This document shows, piece after piece, positions 36,069-48,574 of a stretch of 64,000 bases of DNA. Below the pieces are notes generated by a model. It did no database searches. It had not been told where the DNA came from and saw only the letters and a list, made by a program, of their open reading frames with translations. This stretch comes from Mobula hypostoma. Its lineage: Eukaryota. Both the position numbers and the translations under genes were made by a program. How positions within the stretch are numbered: position 1 is the stretch's first letter; each line of letters starts with the position of its first letter. The stretch is from the NCBI RefSeq assembly GCF_963921235.1, contig NC_086097.1, forward strand, positions 220,226,001 to 220,290,000. Direction: 5' to 3'.

Positions 36069-37574
36069 CTTCCAAAATATAAAGAATCAAATTTAAATTA
36101 AATACAATCTTTGCCATATGGTACTGAGGAAACAAAGGCTCCTTCTGAAACCTCTAAGTTGTCCTTGGCAAAATTTTAAGGCACTATTCTTTTCATTCCT
36201 GTTTTCAAATACTTCCACAGCCTTGCCCCTCCCCATCTTTAATCTCCTCAGCCCTAAAACCCTCAAGTGATAACTATGGTTTTCCAATTCTGGCCTTTTG
36301 ATTACCTTCAGATTTTATTACTACAACCCTTGATAGCAGGGCCTTCGATTATCAAGGGCCTAAACACCTAAACTCTAGATTTTCCTCCTTTCACACTTCT
36401 GTCTCTCCATAACCTCCTTGTTCCTTAACTACTCTGTAAAACGCTTTAAAAATCATCTCTTTGACCAAGCTTTGAGTCGTATGTCCTTATACATCCTGAA
36501 GTGGGTTGGAATCAAATTATGTTTAATTATACTACTGTGAAGTGCCTTGCCATGCTTTGGTAGAATAGAGGCATTATCTTAAGTTATAATTGTCACAGTT
36601 ATTGTCATTTCTCTATTTATCTCATTGTGCCCATATAGTTCCTGTCATCAAGCAATGGCCTCGGTGCATGCCTCTGGTAGTTAATGCTATCAGATTAGAG
36701 TACAAAACACAGGGACAGAGAAAATATCACATATCATATACCTTCAGCATCTGTAATCAAAAAGCATGACCAACATTAATTATCTGATAGAGCAAAATTT
36801 ATGAAGTTCAAGAATATTTGTGATGTGTCTTGTACATGTAAACGCTCAACAGAATTATGCCCCAGCACAGGAGACAAGGTCACTGGGGAGAGTGGAAAGG
36901 ACAGGATGATTGAATTTTTGGTGCATCACTACTGCCAAGGATTACTGATTAACCTTCTGAAGACAGCTGTGAGCACTTCAGCTGAAAGATAATAAAATCT
37001 TTAAAAGTATACATTTTTTCGTTACCTTACTACACTTGTCAATTATATTGAAAATAGGTAAAAGGCAGTTTGACTGACTCAGATAGTTGGAGCCTGGTGA
37101 TTAAATATCACAGGATTATGTCCAAAAAGAGTAGGCATGATCATATACATGCTGCTTTCCTAAAGATATTACCACCTGTTTCCTCGTAAAATATGAGCAA
37201 TTAATAACTTTTTGCTCACTTTGAAATGGGATTCAACATCCTTCAGATATTATTTCCCAGCATTTATCTAGCTCTCATGAGGACTTGTGGACCATTCCAT
37301 AGAATGCTATTAGTGTTTATGATAATAGCTGTTACAAATAATTTTGTAACAACAGAAGCCTGATTTGAAGGATTAGAGCAAAGAATTCAGGTTTGATTCA
37401 GGGAGTAAGGTGTACTCATGGAGGAAGATAAAGGGAGTTTGGTGGAGGGCAGATTTTACAAAGGTGGAGTTGTCTTGTTTTCACCAAGACAAATGTAATA
37501 CCAAAATTGAAGAGGGGTGAAGACCCATGGAGTGAAAAACGTTAATGAGAAAAAATACAATATGGAAACCAGGT

Positions 37575-38010
37575 AAAGAAACATAGAAATCTGCAGCACA
37601 TTACAGGCCCTTCGGCCCAGAATGTTGTGCCGACCATGTAACCTACTCCAGAAACAGCCTGGAATTTCCCGAGCACATAGCCCTCTATTTTTCTAAGCTT
37701 CATGTACTGATCTAAGAGTCTCCTAAAAGACCCTATTGTACCTGCTATTACCACTGTCACAGGCAGTGCATTCCACTCTCCCACCACTCTCTGTGTGAAA
37801 AACTTACCTCTGACATCCCCCTTTACCTACTTCCAAGCACCTCAAAACTATGGCCCCTCGTGTTAGCCATTTCCGCCCTGGGAAAAAGCCGCTGACTATC
37901 TGCACGATCAGTGCCTCTCATCATCTTATACACCTCTATCAGGTCACCTCTCATCCTCTGTCACTCCAAGGAGAAAAGGCCAAATTCACCCAAACTGTTC
38001 TCATAAGGCA
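37575..38010 (-). mobile_element. CR1 3' end
   Basis: VGEWNALPVTVV..GSFRRLLDQYM; TTTCTATGTTTCT tail. Confidence 0.85.
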
Positions 38011-38029
38011 TAAAATTAACCTGGGACTT

Positions 38030-38230
38030 CCATGTAATACTCAGAATCATTGTCACTGTCAGAAGCACCACCTTTCAGGTATGTTGCTAAAAGGAGCCCG
38101 ATCTACTCTCTTTGGGGATAAAAGATCCCATAGTAGTATTCAATCAGGAGCAGAAAATATTTCCCAGTGTCCAATCAACATCACAGAAATCAGATCATTT
38201 GGGGGCCTTATTCTGGTCAGAGTCATACAT
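38030..38230 (+). mobile_element. Deu-domain SINE relic
   Basis: CACTGTCAGAAGCACCACCTTTCAG..TAAAAGATCCCATAG..GAGCAG..CAATCAACATCAC follows the order of the Deu domain. Confidence 0.65.
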
Positions 38231-38257
38231 TGCAATTACAACTGGTCTTCAATAATA

Positions 38258-38358
38258 CCTCCTGAAGAAGGGGCTCGGCCCAAAACATTGACTGTTTATT
38301 TATTTCCATAGGTGCTACCAGACCTGCTGAGTTCCTCCAGCATTTTGTGTGTGTTGCT
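38258..38358 (+). mobile_element. Penelope terminal-repeat fragment with decayed hammerhead motif
   Basis: CTGAAGA AGGGGCTCGGCCC AAAACATTGACTG ... CCTGCTGAGTTCCTCCAGCATTTTGTGTGTGTTGC. Confidence 0.75.
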
Positions 38359-38580
38359 TCTATAATACTTCATTAGTTGTCTTTTGGAGGATATGGGAGT
38401 TGTGAAAATTTCTATATCAATGAAAAACATGTTTTAATAACCTTGCTGCATTTACTGAAGTTCATTTTCGTAAAATGCATCACAAAACATATCTTTCTGC
38501 TTGCCTGCTAGTGAGTTTACTGTAAATTTACTATTGATTAATTTCTGCGCTGTTAACCTGGTAACTCAGTGACTGTAAGC

Positions 38581-39228
38581 TATATTCGGGAGAAGATGGC
38601 GGCGCGACGACAGCCTCTCCGGTGATGAATATCTGTTATCTGTCAAGTAGGGGACCGTGCACAATCCTGATTTGATGGAGACAGCGGAACATCTGGAAAA
38701 CTTCTGAAATGTCTGCTTTGCTACCACTGCTACTGTGTGGTAACCGGAATCTCTGGAGCTGAAGGCCTCAAAATCCTTGGCTTTGCGTGTTTCAGCGCCC
38801 GGGGAGAGGTCGAAGGCGCTCAGCAGAGGATGGTACTCAGGAGACTGTATCGGAGAGGCTGCTTGGAAGCTCAGAGTTTTCGGATGGATGGACTCAGGGT
38901 CAGCTGTGGTTGGCTGTTTCCAAGGTATCGGCAAATTGACGGTGCCTGGAGGTTTATGGCAGGGAGTTTCTCCCTTTTGCCGCCTGCTATCGGGGACTCG
39001 GGAGTCGATCGACTCGGGGACTTCGAGACTTTTTTTTTACTGTGCCTATGGACTGTTCATCAAATTATGGTATTGCTTTGCACTGCTGTAACTATATAGT
39101 ATAATTATGTGGTTTTGTCAGTGTTAGTCTTGTTTTCTGTGATATCACGCCGGAGAAACATTGTATCATTTCTTAATGCATGTATGCATTTCTAAATGAC
39201 AATAAAAGAGGACTGAGTGTTCTTATAA
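38581..39228 (+). mobile_element. 648-bp non-coding, CpG-rich non-autonomous retroposon with Rex1-like 3' tail
   Basis: 7-bp TSD TGTAAGC (38574-38580, 39229-39235); 5' AAGATGGCGGCG; 3' ATGACAATAAA as in the Rex1 tail at 18232-18242; no pol III A/B boxes seen. Confidence 0.7.
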
Positions 39229-39884
39229 TGTAAGCAGGAAACAGCATCGCTGTCATAATATTTTAAATGACTATAGTGACATAAGAGACTGCATATACTG
39301 GAATCTGGAGCAACATACAATCTGCTGGACATATGGAGGTTTGTGCTTTAGTGGGAGACGTAGGTGTCAGAAGCCAATGGCACTGGCACCCTGCTAGGGC
39401 CAGAATAAAAGTGGTTTAGAAAGATCTGCAACCAATGAAAGAGAAAATTAGCTTGCAGCATTTGCAAATGTTCTGTAGTAAGCTTCCAAAACAAAAGGGA
39501 TGCTGCTATTACCATTGTTAAAGAATACCCTGCAGCTAAAGTCATTAAGCTTTGCTAATACTCTAAAGGCCCATTCAGATCTGCTCAAGTCCACTTCTTC
39601 GGAATGTGTGCTGTTTGTTTACATGTAGCATTGTATGGTATTGGCACCAAGATCACCACCATTACTATGGAAAAGAGCTGAGCAACATCTGTGCTATCTA
39701 GTAGTGATCATTATGCTGAAAAAAATCATTCCACTTCCTGATAATCAGAGGGCCAAAGGAAGGTGTGTGGGAGGAGTATTTGGTGCAGGTAAAAAAAGAT
39801 GCAAATGTGGCAGGTGGCAGGGGAAAGGGGGAAATGGCAAAGCAAAAGAGTTTCAGGGGAGTTTGAGCGTAGAAGGTTGAGGGG

Positions 39885-40262
39885 GGACTAGATAGATGTA
39901 TTTAAAACTATGAGAGGGATAGATAGAGTTGAGGTGGATAGGCTTTTCCATTGAGAGTGGGGAGATTCAAACAAGAGGACATGAGTTGAGAGTTAGGGGG
40001 CAAAAGTTTAGGGGTAACATGAGGGGGAACTTCTTTACTCAGAGAGTGGTAGCTGTGTGGAACGAGCTTCCAGCAGAAGTGGTAGAGGCAGGGTCGATAT
40101 TGTCATTTAAAGTTAAATTGGATAGCTAGATGGACAGGAAAGGAATGGAGGGTTATGGGCTGAGTGCAGGTCGGTGGGACTAGGTGAGAGTAAGCATTCA
40201 GCACGGACTAGAAGGGCCGAGATGGCCTGTTTCCGTGCTGTAATTGTTATATGGTTATATGG
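39885..40262 (+). mobile_element. Young CR1 3' end
   Basis: TRGHELRVRGQKFRGNMRGNFFTQRVVAVWNELP; GTTATATG repeat tail. Confidence 0.9.
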
Positions 40263-40344
40263 AGGCAGAGATTGATAGTGAAGATGGGAGCAAGGACAAA
40301 GCAGGCAAGCCTGGGGGGGTGGGGCAGTGTGTGTGTGTGTGTGT

Positions 40345-42090
40345 TTCTCTGGTTGGCTGGCAGAGACTAGTGCAGTTCTGCAGTGGAGTGGAGTTGGGAC
40401 TGATGCTTTTCACATTATATGTCAATGATTTGGATGATGGAATTAATAGCTTTGTGGCCAAGTTTGCAGACACCAAGATAGGTGGAGGGGCAGTGTTGAG
40501 GAAGCAGGGAGCCTGCAGGAGGACTTAGACAGATTAGGAAAATGGGCAAAGCAGTGGCAGACGGATTACAGTGTAGGGAAGTGTATGATCGTGTACTTTG
40601 GTAGAAGGAATAAAGACGTAGTCTATTTTTTAAAAGGGAAGGAAATTCAGAAATCAGAGACGCAAAGAGACAAAAAAGTCTTCGTGCAGGATTCCTTAAA
40701 AGCTAACTTGCAGGTTGGGTTGATGGTAAGAAAGGAAATGCAATGTTAGCATTCATTTTGAGAGGACGAGAATACAAAAGCGATAATGTAATGCCAAGGC
40801 TTTATAAGGCACTGGTCAGACCACACTTGGAGTATTGTGAGCAGTTTTAAAACCAACAGAAAGCAACTAAGACAAACAATAAGGAGAGAAAAGATGAAAC
40901 ATGAAGGCAGATGAGCCAATAATATACAAGAAGACACCAATGTTTTTTCAGATATATAAAGAGTAAAATAGAGTGTATAGTTATCGGACCACTGTAAAAT
41001 GATGCTGGAGTGGCAGTAATGGGGGACAAAGAAATAGCAGATGAACTCTGCAAGTATTTTGCATCAGTTTTCACTGTGGAAGATACCAGCAGCATGCTAG
41101 AAATTCGAGAGTGTTGGGGCAGAAGTGAGTGTAGTTGCTATTATTAATGAGAAGGTGCTTGGGAAGCTTAAAGATCTTAAGTTAGATAAGTCACCTGGAC
41201 CAGATGGACTACACTCTAAGGTTCTGAAAGAGATAGCTGAAGAAATTGTGTATGCATTAGTAGTGATCTTTCGTGAATGACTAGATTCTGGAATGGTTCT
41301 AGAGGGCTGGAATATTGTAATGCCACTCCACTCTTAAGAAGGGAGGGAGACAAAAGCCATGAAATTATAGGCCAGTTCACCTGACCTTAGTAGTTGGTGA
41401 GATGCTGACGTCCATTATTAAAGGCAAGGTTTCAGGGTGCTTGGAGGCACATGATAATAAAGGCTGAAAGTCAACATGGTTTCCTTAAGGAGAAATCTTG
41501 CCTGACATATCTGTTGGAGTTCTTTGAGGAAATAGCAGGTAGGATAGACAAAGGCCTCATCTCTGTTCTAAAGGTACATCCTTCTATTCTGAGGATCTGC
41601 CCTCTGGTCCTAGACTCCCCCAGTATAGGAGACATCCTCTTCACATTCACTCTATCTAGACCGTCAGTATTCAGTAGGTTTCAGTGAAATCCCCCCAAAC
41701 TCCAGCGAGTACAACTGTCTGAGGCAGGCCCTCTTACATACTTTTTTTTTGCTTTTATGCTCTCTTTGACTTCCCTTGCCAGTCATGGTTGCATCATTCT
41801 CCCTTAGGATGCTTCTTCTTTGGGACGAGTCTATCCTGTGTGTTCTATATTACTTCCAGAAACTCCAGCCATTGCTGTTCTGCTGTCAGCCCTGCTAGTA
41901 TCCCCTTCCAATTAACATTGGTCACTCCTTTCTCACGCCTTTGTAGTTCCTGCTACTCCACTATAATACTGATATATCTGATTTTAGTTCCTCCCTCTCA
42001 AACAGTGTATTTCTTTCCTTATATTTTGACCACTGTCTCCTAAGGGTTCTTTTTCCTTAAGCTCCCTAATCAAATCTGATTCAGCCTATT
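40345..42090. mobile_element. Rearranged four-piece CR1 ORF2 mosaic
   Basis: Plus RT C-part 40345-40845, plus linker/RT N-part 40845-41553, minus 3' part 41553-41715, minus APE/linker 41730-42090. Confidence 0.8.
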
Positions 42091-43523
42091 TCCTAAAATA
42101 TTGGTGACAACAGAAACACTGCTGCAAAAGAAAATCAACGTTGAAAGTCCCAAGGACACAGTAAAGATGGCTCTTAGATCGTTCCTCACAGATAACCTGA
42201 TGATCCCCCCGCCAGCCACTAGGAGAAAGCAGCAGAGTCTCCCAAGAATCTAGACTGTTTGAAGTCCATAATAATTAACACCTCTGTAAAGAAGGTCATT
42301 CACACAGGAGCCATCTTTTCTCCAGTATAATTTCTTAGTTGGATATCTGCAGGCTTCAGTTCAGTACCTTCGAAATGCCATTCAAACACCCAAGCTGATG
42401 TCCAATTCCATTTTAATTAATTTTTTGTTTGCTTCTGGTGCAAGCCATATTGCTTGTCTACGGTTAGTTTTCACATTGTAAATCTCAAGGCTAGCCAGTC
42501 ACTCTTGTCGTTACCTGATTTTTCATCAACAGTATGCATATTAGTGCTCTTTTTGAAACTGCAACTTGAATTTTTCTCTTTTTTTTCTCATCCCTATGAA
42601 GTCCATTATTTATTGTCAGCCTGACGTGCACTTTGTTGCATTTTCTGCAATTTTCACCTTTGAACTTGCATTGATCTCCAAGCCCCTGCCACAACAGTAA
42701 CACAATTTATTCGGGCAGGCAGATTTCTGTTCAGATGTTCCTCTTTTGTTCATGCTCACTTTCAATACGGACTGCAACTCAGTTATGTCTCCAGTTGCTG
42801 TTTCCATTGATAGGGTGATTTCAACTGCTCTTTTAAGTGTGTATTTGCTTCAGTTAAGAACCTCTTTTGAATGCTTTCTTGCAAGATTCCACAAACTAAA
42901 TGATTTCTCAGTGCTTCATTAAGCCCATCACTGAACAGAAAATGCTTGGACATTTCTTCTGTTCTGCCACATAAGCTGAAATGAACTTCTCTTCCTTTTG
43001 ATTCCGCTGATCAAACCTAAAATGTTCTTTAATCATCAGTGGTTTTGGTCCTAAGTGTTCCTGCATTATGTTCACCATATTAGCAAAGCTATTTTGGCTG
43101 ATTTATTTGGAAAAGTTAAACTTTTAAGCAAACTGCTTGCTTTTCCACCTATTACACTCAGCAACACTGGCACTTGCTTTTCATTGGCTATTTCATTTAC
43201 TTCAAAATACTGCTCAATTCATTCAGTATACATCATCCAGTTATCTGTTGCATTATCGAACATGTCTGTCTTTCCAAAGTAGCTAGCTATTTCTGCTTTT
43301 TTTCCCCTTTATTATTATTATCACCCACTACTCACTGTTATGAACCCATGAATTTTGTCTATTTTCTGCCTTTTCTTTTCAACTTGACTGTCTTTCTCCC
43401 TTTCTGAAGAAACACATGCTGGGCTTTTTTTAAAACTTGAATGTCCTTCTCAGTCCCCTTGCAAAGAAAAAGTACATACTGCATTTCAACAGGTAGATAG
43501 TCATCTCAGGTTTGGTTTAAATT

Positions 43524-43536
43524 ATCCTCATCACCA
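43524..43536 (-). promoter_or_regulatory. Primer-binding site, tRNA-Ser(GCU)-like
   Basis: TGGTGATGAGGAT lies 1 nt downstream of the LTR CA end; it equals a CpG-decayed TGGCGACGAGGAT, complementary to the 3' end of tRNA-Ser(GCU). Confidence 0.7.
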
Positions 43537-43637
43537 CTGTTATGTTTTGTAACTCCAGAAACTAATTGGAAAAAAAAACACAGGAGCCGGAGATACGTGC
43601 TTCTATTTCATTTGACTCTAGTGAGGTATGCACATAT

Positions 43638-43945
43638 TTAAGGCATCCGTTTGTCTTGCGAGACCATGGATCTGTGCCTGGAGAGTCTTCGCTCTCCAGG
43701 GCACAGGCCTGGGCAAGGTTGTATGGAAGACCAGCAGTTGCCCATGCTGCAAGTCTCCCCTCTCCACGCCACCAATGTTGTCCAAGGGAAGGGCAGTAGG
43801 ACCCATACAGCTTGGCACCAGTGTCATTGCAGAGCAATGTGTGATTAAGTGCCTTGAGGACAGAACATGTTCCCTCGGCTGGGGCTCAAACATGACCTTC
43901 AGGTCGCTAGTCCAATGCCTTAACCACTTGGCCACGTTCCCACAC
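43638..43945 (-). mobile_element. tRNA-derived SINE with RTE-related body inserted in the LTR
   Basis: Same head as 28071-28223; 10-bp TSD ATGCACATAT at 43628-43637 and 43946-43955. Confidence 0.9.
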
Positions 43946-44179
43946 ATGCACATATGATTTGGTGGCATAATGATGGATGCCATTCGTGTACTTCTTACAT
44001 ATAACCTGTAATGAATTTTGTAAACAATGAAGGATGCTTAATCAAACAATATATTTACAGTAGTACTCAAATAAAATATTACTGAGATATTAAATACACT
44101 ACACTAAACATGGCCTTTTTTGACCTCACATAAAACACTGTCCTTAAATAAGCATGAAACTTAAATATCTTCCAATTAT

Positions 44180-44915
44180 GGGCTCCCCACAGAAAAAAAT
44201 TATTATTTATCTCCGACATGAATGCATGGAAGCCATTATCAAAACTATTCTACCCATAATTGACTCAATCTCAGTGAAAACTGCTATGAAATAATGCTGC
44301 ATCATTGCCCTGGACATTTGCAGAATAGATCTAAATAGTTGAAGGCTTTCAAACACAGGACAATGTTTCCTGTCCTCCTGTAAGCTTCTGAAACATGCAC
44401 CACCTCAAAATAATGATGAAACATCACCAACATGAAATCATCCAAATCCACTGCAAGATAAGCAAACCAATGTCAATCTTCACCCAGGCTAACATCCCTA
44501 ATACTGAGATATTGATTAGATTCAATCAGTTCCAGTGGGCAGTCTATATCATCTACACACCTGACCTCAGATCACCAAAACAGTTTGTTGACTCTAAGCT
44601 CTATCATGACAATGGTAGACATAGAAATGGGTTCAAATATTTTCTCAAAAACTCATTAGAGATAGTGGAATATCCCCACTGACACCTGGGAAATCCGAGC
44701 TCATGACCTTTGAAAATGGAGAAAGAGCTTTTGGGATGGTATTGAAAGCCCCACATCCATTTTTAGAACGCACAGTAGCTCAGTGCAAAGAAGAAAGGGA
44801 GTGCACCACCTCCCAAACCTCCCACCTACCCATTTTGGTAAGCACTTTCTGCCCCACCAGTGGCACAGTCATTGCATCCAATATTGGCCACAGCACCTGC
44901 TCAGAAACCTAAGAA
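44180..44915 (+). mobile_element. Degraded RTE-clade LINE 3' region
   Basis: IFTQANIPNTEILIRFNQFQWA..PDLRSPKQ resembles the RTE C-terminus (QLRWAGHV..PDxRLPKQ). Confidence 0.6.
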
Positions 44916-47900
44916 CTGGAAAGAAAAACTGCAGAGCAAAAATAAATAGGGAATGACTGGTTATTGGTAAAGTTGTGCTAAAGATAAATGATCCATAGAA
45001 CAAACGGGAGTTTAATTCCTCATGGTTAATGATGGATGAGGTCATAGCCTCCTGATACTTCATTTCCCACCTACTTCCAAAACACACTTTGGTTCCAACA
45101 GTCACTGGTTAGACAAATAACTTCCACCAAATCCTTTCGGTCCTTGGTAGTTCTCTCCTCAGACATTCTCTTTCATTCTACATCCTTCCTACTGTCTGAG
45201 CAAGTTTTCTTGTCCCACAATAGCCACAAAACCTCAATAAACCATCACCACTGTCTTCAGACATGAGCATCTTATATTATTGGTCTTAAATGTTGATACA
45301 TAATTTCTGGAACACATTTTCCTGGCATTCCCAAATGAGAGAATAAGAGCCCATCTCTACTCACCATTAGGTTACATTTTCAGATTCACTAAAATTCCCA
45401 GGCATGGCTACCCTTGAAATCAATGTGACATTGCCTCATCCATATGTAGTCTCCAACATCCCATGAGCAAAGCCATCCACTTATTACCACCAAAGCTAAA
45501 ATGTTTCATGGCGGAAAAGAACTGTTTAAATAGATTTCAGTTTAATTTTGCAACAAACACATAATTGTGTTCAAAAAAATGTTGTCCTCAAAAGAGAAGG
45601 GAATTAACAAATGGTGTGACCAACACTATACCTTTCAATGTCATGGAAGGGGCTGGATAGTCCATCCTTCAGTGCTGTTTTCTTGCAGCTTTTGCAAAGA
45701 GTGGAAACAAGGAACCTTTCACAGATCAATTACTCATTGACCCACATGCTCCTGTAAGTGGCTCTTCTGGGAGCTACTACACAATAGATTCAATACTTTG
45801 ATGCAGCGCTATTTTGCTGACATTATGAGAGTTAATAAAACTCATTATCAGCGAGCCTCTCAGCTGCTTTGGAGCTGGGGACATTATGTTAATTTACTTC
45901 ATCAACTGTTCTTTATTTCTAGTTATCGCATGGAAAAGAAATCAGTATTGCTTGTTCCGTATAAAATTGGAGTTGAATGCAAAGTAAATCTGGTCTTTTT
46001 GTCCTACTGTATCTTTATCAATATAAATAGCTATTCAAATAAACTAAAGGTTTTTAAAGTATTAATAAATCTTCTAATCATAAATTCACCAATTCAATTA
46101 CATTATATTTCATATTACAGTTAACATTTCTTTCTTTAATTTAATCATTCTGCCTTTCTGGACTCATGTTCTATGTGTAACAGCCAACTAACTAGAGTAC
46201 AGACACACAACCAAATATTCTTCTCTCTCCACTGTTTTTGAAGATGCACATCTTAACTCAATCCTACAGAAAAAGCCTGGAGCCCATAAACACCCATCCC
46301 CCACTTGCCCCACTGTTGTCAAAACTCCAATTACATTATCTAAATGACAATGTTTCTTACTTGCATTGCAACCATCAGAATGACCATTAACTGTGTGGTG
46401 GTTTCAATGTATCCCTCAGTTCATTCTGCAACAGAATAATTGGAAGTCCTGAGCCAGTTTTACTTTTTTAATGACGATATTTATCTCAAAATCAGCTTAT
46501 ATAGTCAGTTTTTATTGTTAAGTGCTCCATTTGTAGTGTTCTGATGGTGGGGCTGGAAAATGATCTCGGGGCTCTTCTTAACCCAAGTTCTAGGTTTTAA
46601 TTGCCTGCCTTAAGTCTCAGTGAACTGTCTCAGAGAAATCTGATCTAATTTATAGTCAATGGAATAACTAGAACAAAAGACCTCCAATTAACTTTTTCTT
46701 GTATAAATTAATCCACTTATGTTTTATGAATATATTTAAAACCTCTTTTGATGGATTTCTGTTTGGAGTAAACTACTCCACCTTTACTATTAACTGTTGC
46801 CAATATCAACTTTTTTATTAGAACATGAATCATTCTTATTTCTTTAGCAATTTTAATCATCTTACTCTGAAGCACAACAAACTCCATGATTACAATCAAC
46901 CCTTCTCAGGAAAAATTAGGAAAAGTTGTTTCTGGAAATTATATATCTGCCTACGTTTTGTGCTCTTGCGTAATTTAATTACTTTTCACCTTGGTGAGTT
47001 TTGAGTCTTTCTTTCTCCATTGATGAAATTTTAACCAGGTTTGAAGCCTGTCAAAACCTCAAACTCATAGATTTTCTGTAACATTCTACAGCAATTAAAT
47101 TCCAAAAATATTTGACGTGAAAACATTTAATTTAATGTGGAGTCAGAAAATTTTAGTTTCCTCTTTAAGTCACACTTTTTGTTGCAATTTATTTTATTCA
47201 TTAACAGATCCCATATGTAACTCATGTAGAAGGGATACAGATTAAAATATTTTGAGTACACTTCCAGAAGAGGTCACCAACAGCAATCAGTGCTGAGAAA
47301 CTATAAAGATTGCATTTTCCTTAATTCAACAGACCTGAAGTTCAGAATTGGACATTCCTACTTGTATGGAGATACTTTTATTAAATGCTTTTAACAGTTT
47401 CCACATAGTGGATGACAATGACTAACAGGTGCGGCAACATCTATTGCCCTATGCTTTGCACAACAGCTGGCCAATCCAACTGTAAGCTGGCCCTCAGAGA
47501 GCTTTCCTGTTACTTCTGGTGTTTAATTACAGACATATGCGCTTAGATCCTGTACCTGCCAGGTTCAGCACAAGTAGATCATCTCTCATCCAAGGGTTGA
47601 CATAACCTTGGCTTGAATTGATCCTTGATTAAGAAGTTAGAAATCATATATTTTTTGAATTGTTTTAGACTAACTTGGAAAAAAAGGATTTATTTTTAAG
47701 GAATGCTGAATATGCAAATTAATATAATCTACAAATTATCTATTAGTTTTAGTTATCAGGTTAAAGTTGTGTCACCTATAAATGTAGTTTATTGTACAAT
47801 GAAACGATTGTATTTACATTCAATATTTTATCCATTTTCTCTTTAAGGTTACATAAATTTAACTTTTTTAATAGGGGTCTGTTTGGAGAATATTAATCTC

Positions 47901-48574
47901 TCAAAGGTAATGCAAATCTCCTCCCTGTACAATAGTGATTTTCAACAAAATGCCTCTTCTTCATTTCCAATAATATATTCCAACAGGAAATGTTTGCTGT
48001 TGAATACAATATATAGACTATCAAGCTCTCTATCTACTTTGGCTGAAATACTTTTGCCTTCTGTGAGCTGTGGGCTGAAGCAATAGCCTGTCCGCAGTCT
48101 ACCCATTAATCATTTGCTGACTCACAATCCTGTCCACACAGAGGAAAGCAGCATACATGTGTGCAGCTGCTCCTGCCCCATCATACTGGACCCATCCTTC
48201 TGTTATTTAACTACAGCGCTAGTTCTGTTTCCAGTTAATAATAATTAAAATACAATTGTTAATCAAATATTGTACCTGTTCCTAAATTCACCTTTCCTGA
48301 AGTTCCAGATCCTTGTGGAACAATCATTCATCCATATCCAATCCATTTGCAACATTGTCACTGAAACTCCTACCTCGTCTTACTCTGTACATATTGGCAC
48401 CACCACCCCACTTTACTCAGTTCACCCAACCCTCCCAATCATCTACTATTCTTCTATCTCACCTGCATCCTTAAATCCTTTAAACGTTGCCTTTTGTCAA
48501 CGTTTGTGACAAATCCCGACTATTAGTGGCCAAAGTTTCAGCTACACAAAGCACTCACCTCAGTTTCTCTCCAT

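Larger units (their letters stand above)
42290..44103 (-). mobile_element. Gypsy (Mag/K02A2.6-like) 5' relic: LTR, PBS, gag and protease
   Basis: gag start ASYFGKTDMFDNATDNWMMYTE*IEQYFEVN near 43290; zinc knuckles CYCCGRG..CRKCNK; protease-like IKMELDI..QLRNYTGEK; LTR 43538-44103. Confidence 0.85.

Noticed and set aside
38566..39099. Overlapping 104-122 aa ORFs
   Set aside because: Expected by chance in a GC-rich non-coding repeat; no recognisable domain.
25108..44103. One giant Gypsy element joining gag (43 kb) and integrase (26 kb)
   Set aside because: The 5' LTR (43538-44103) and 3' LTR (25108-25280) are not visibly similar, so they are separate insertions.
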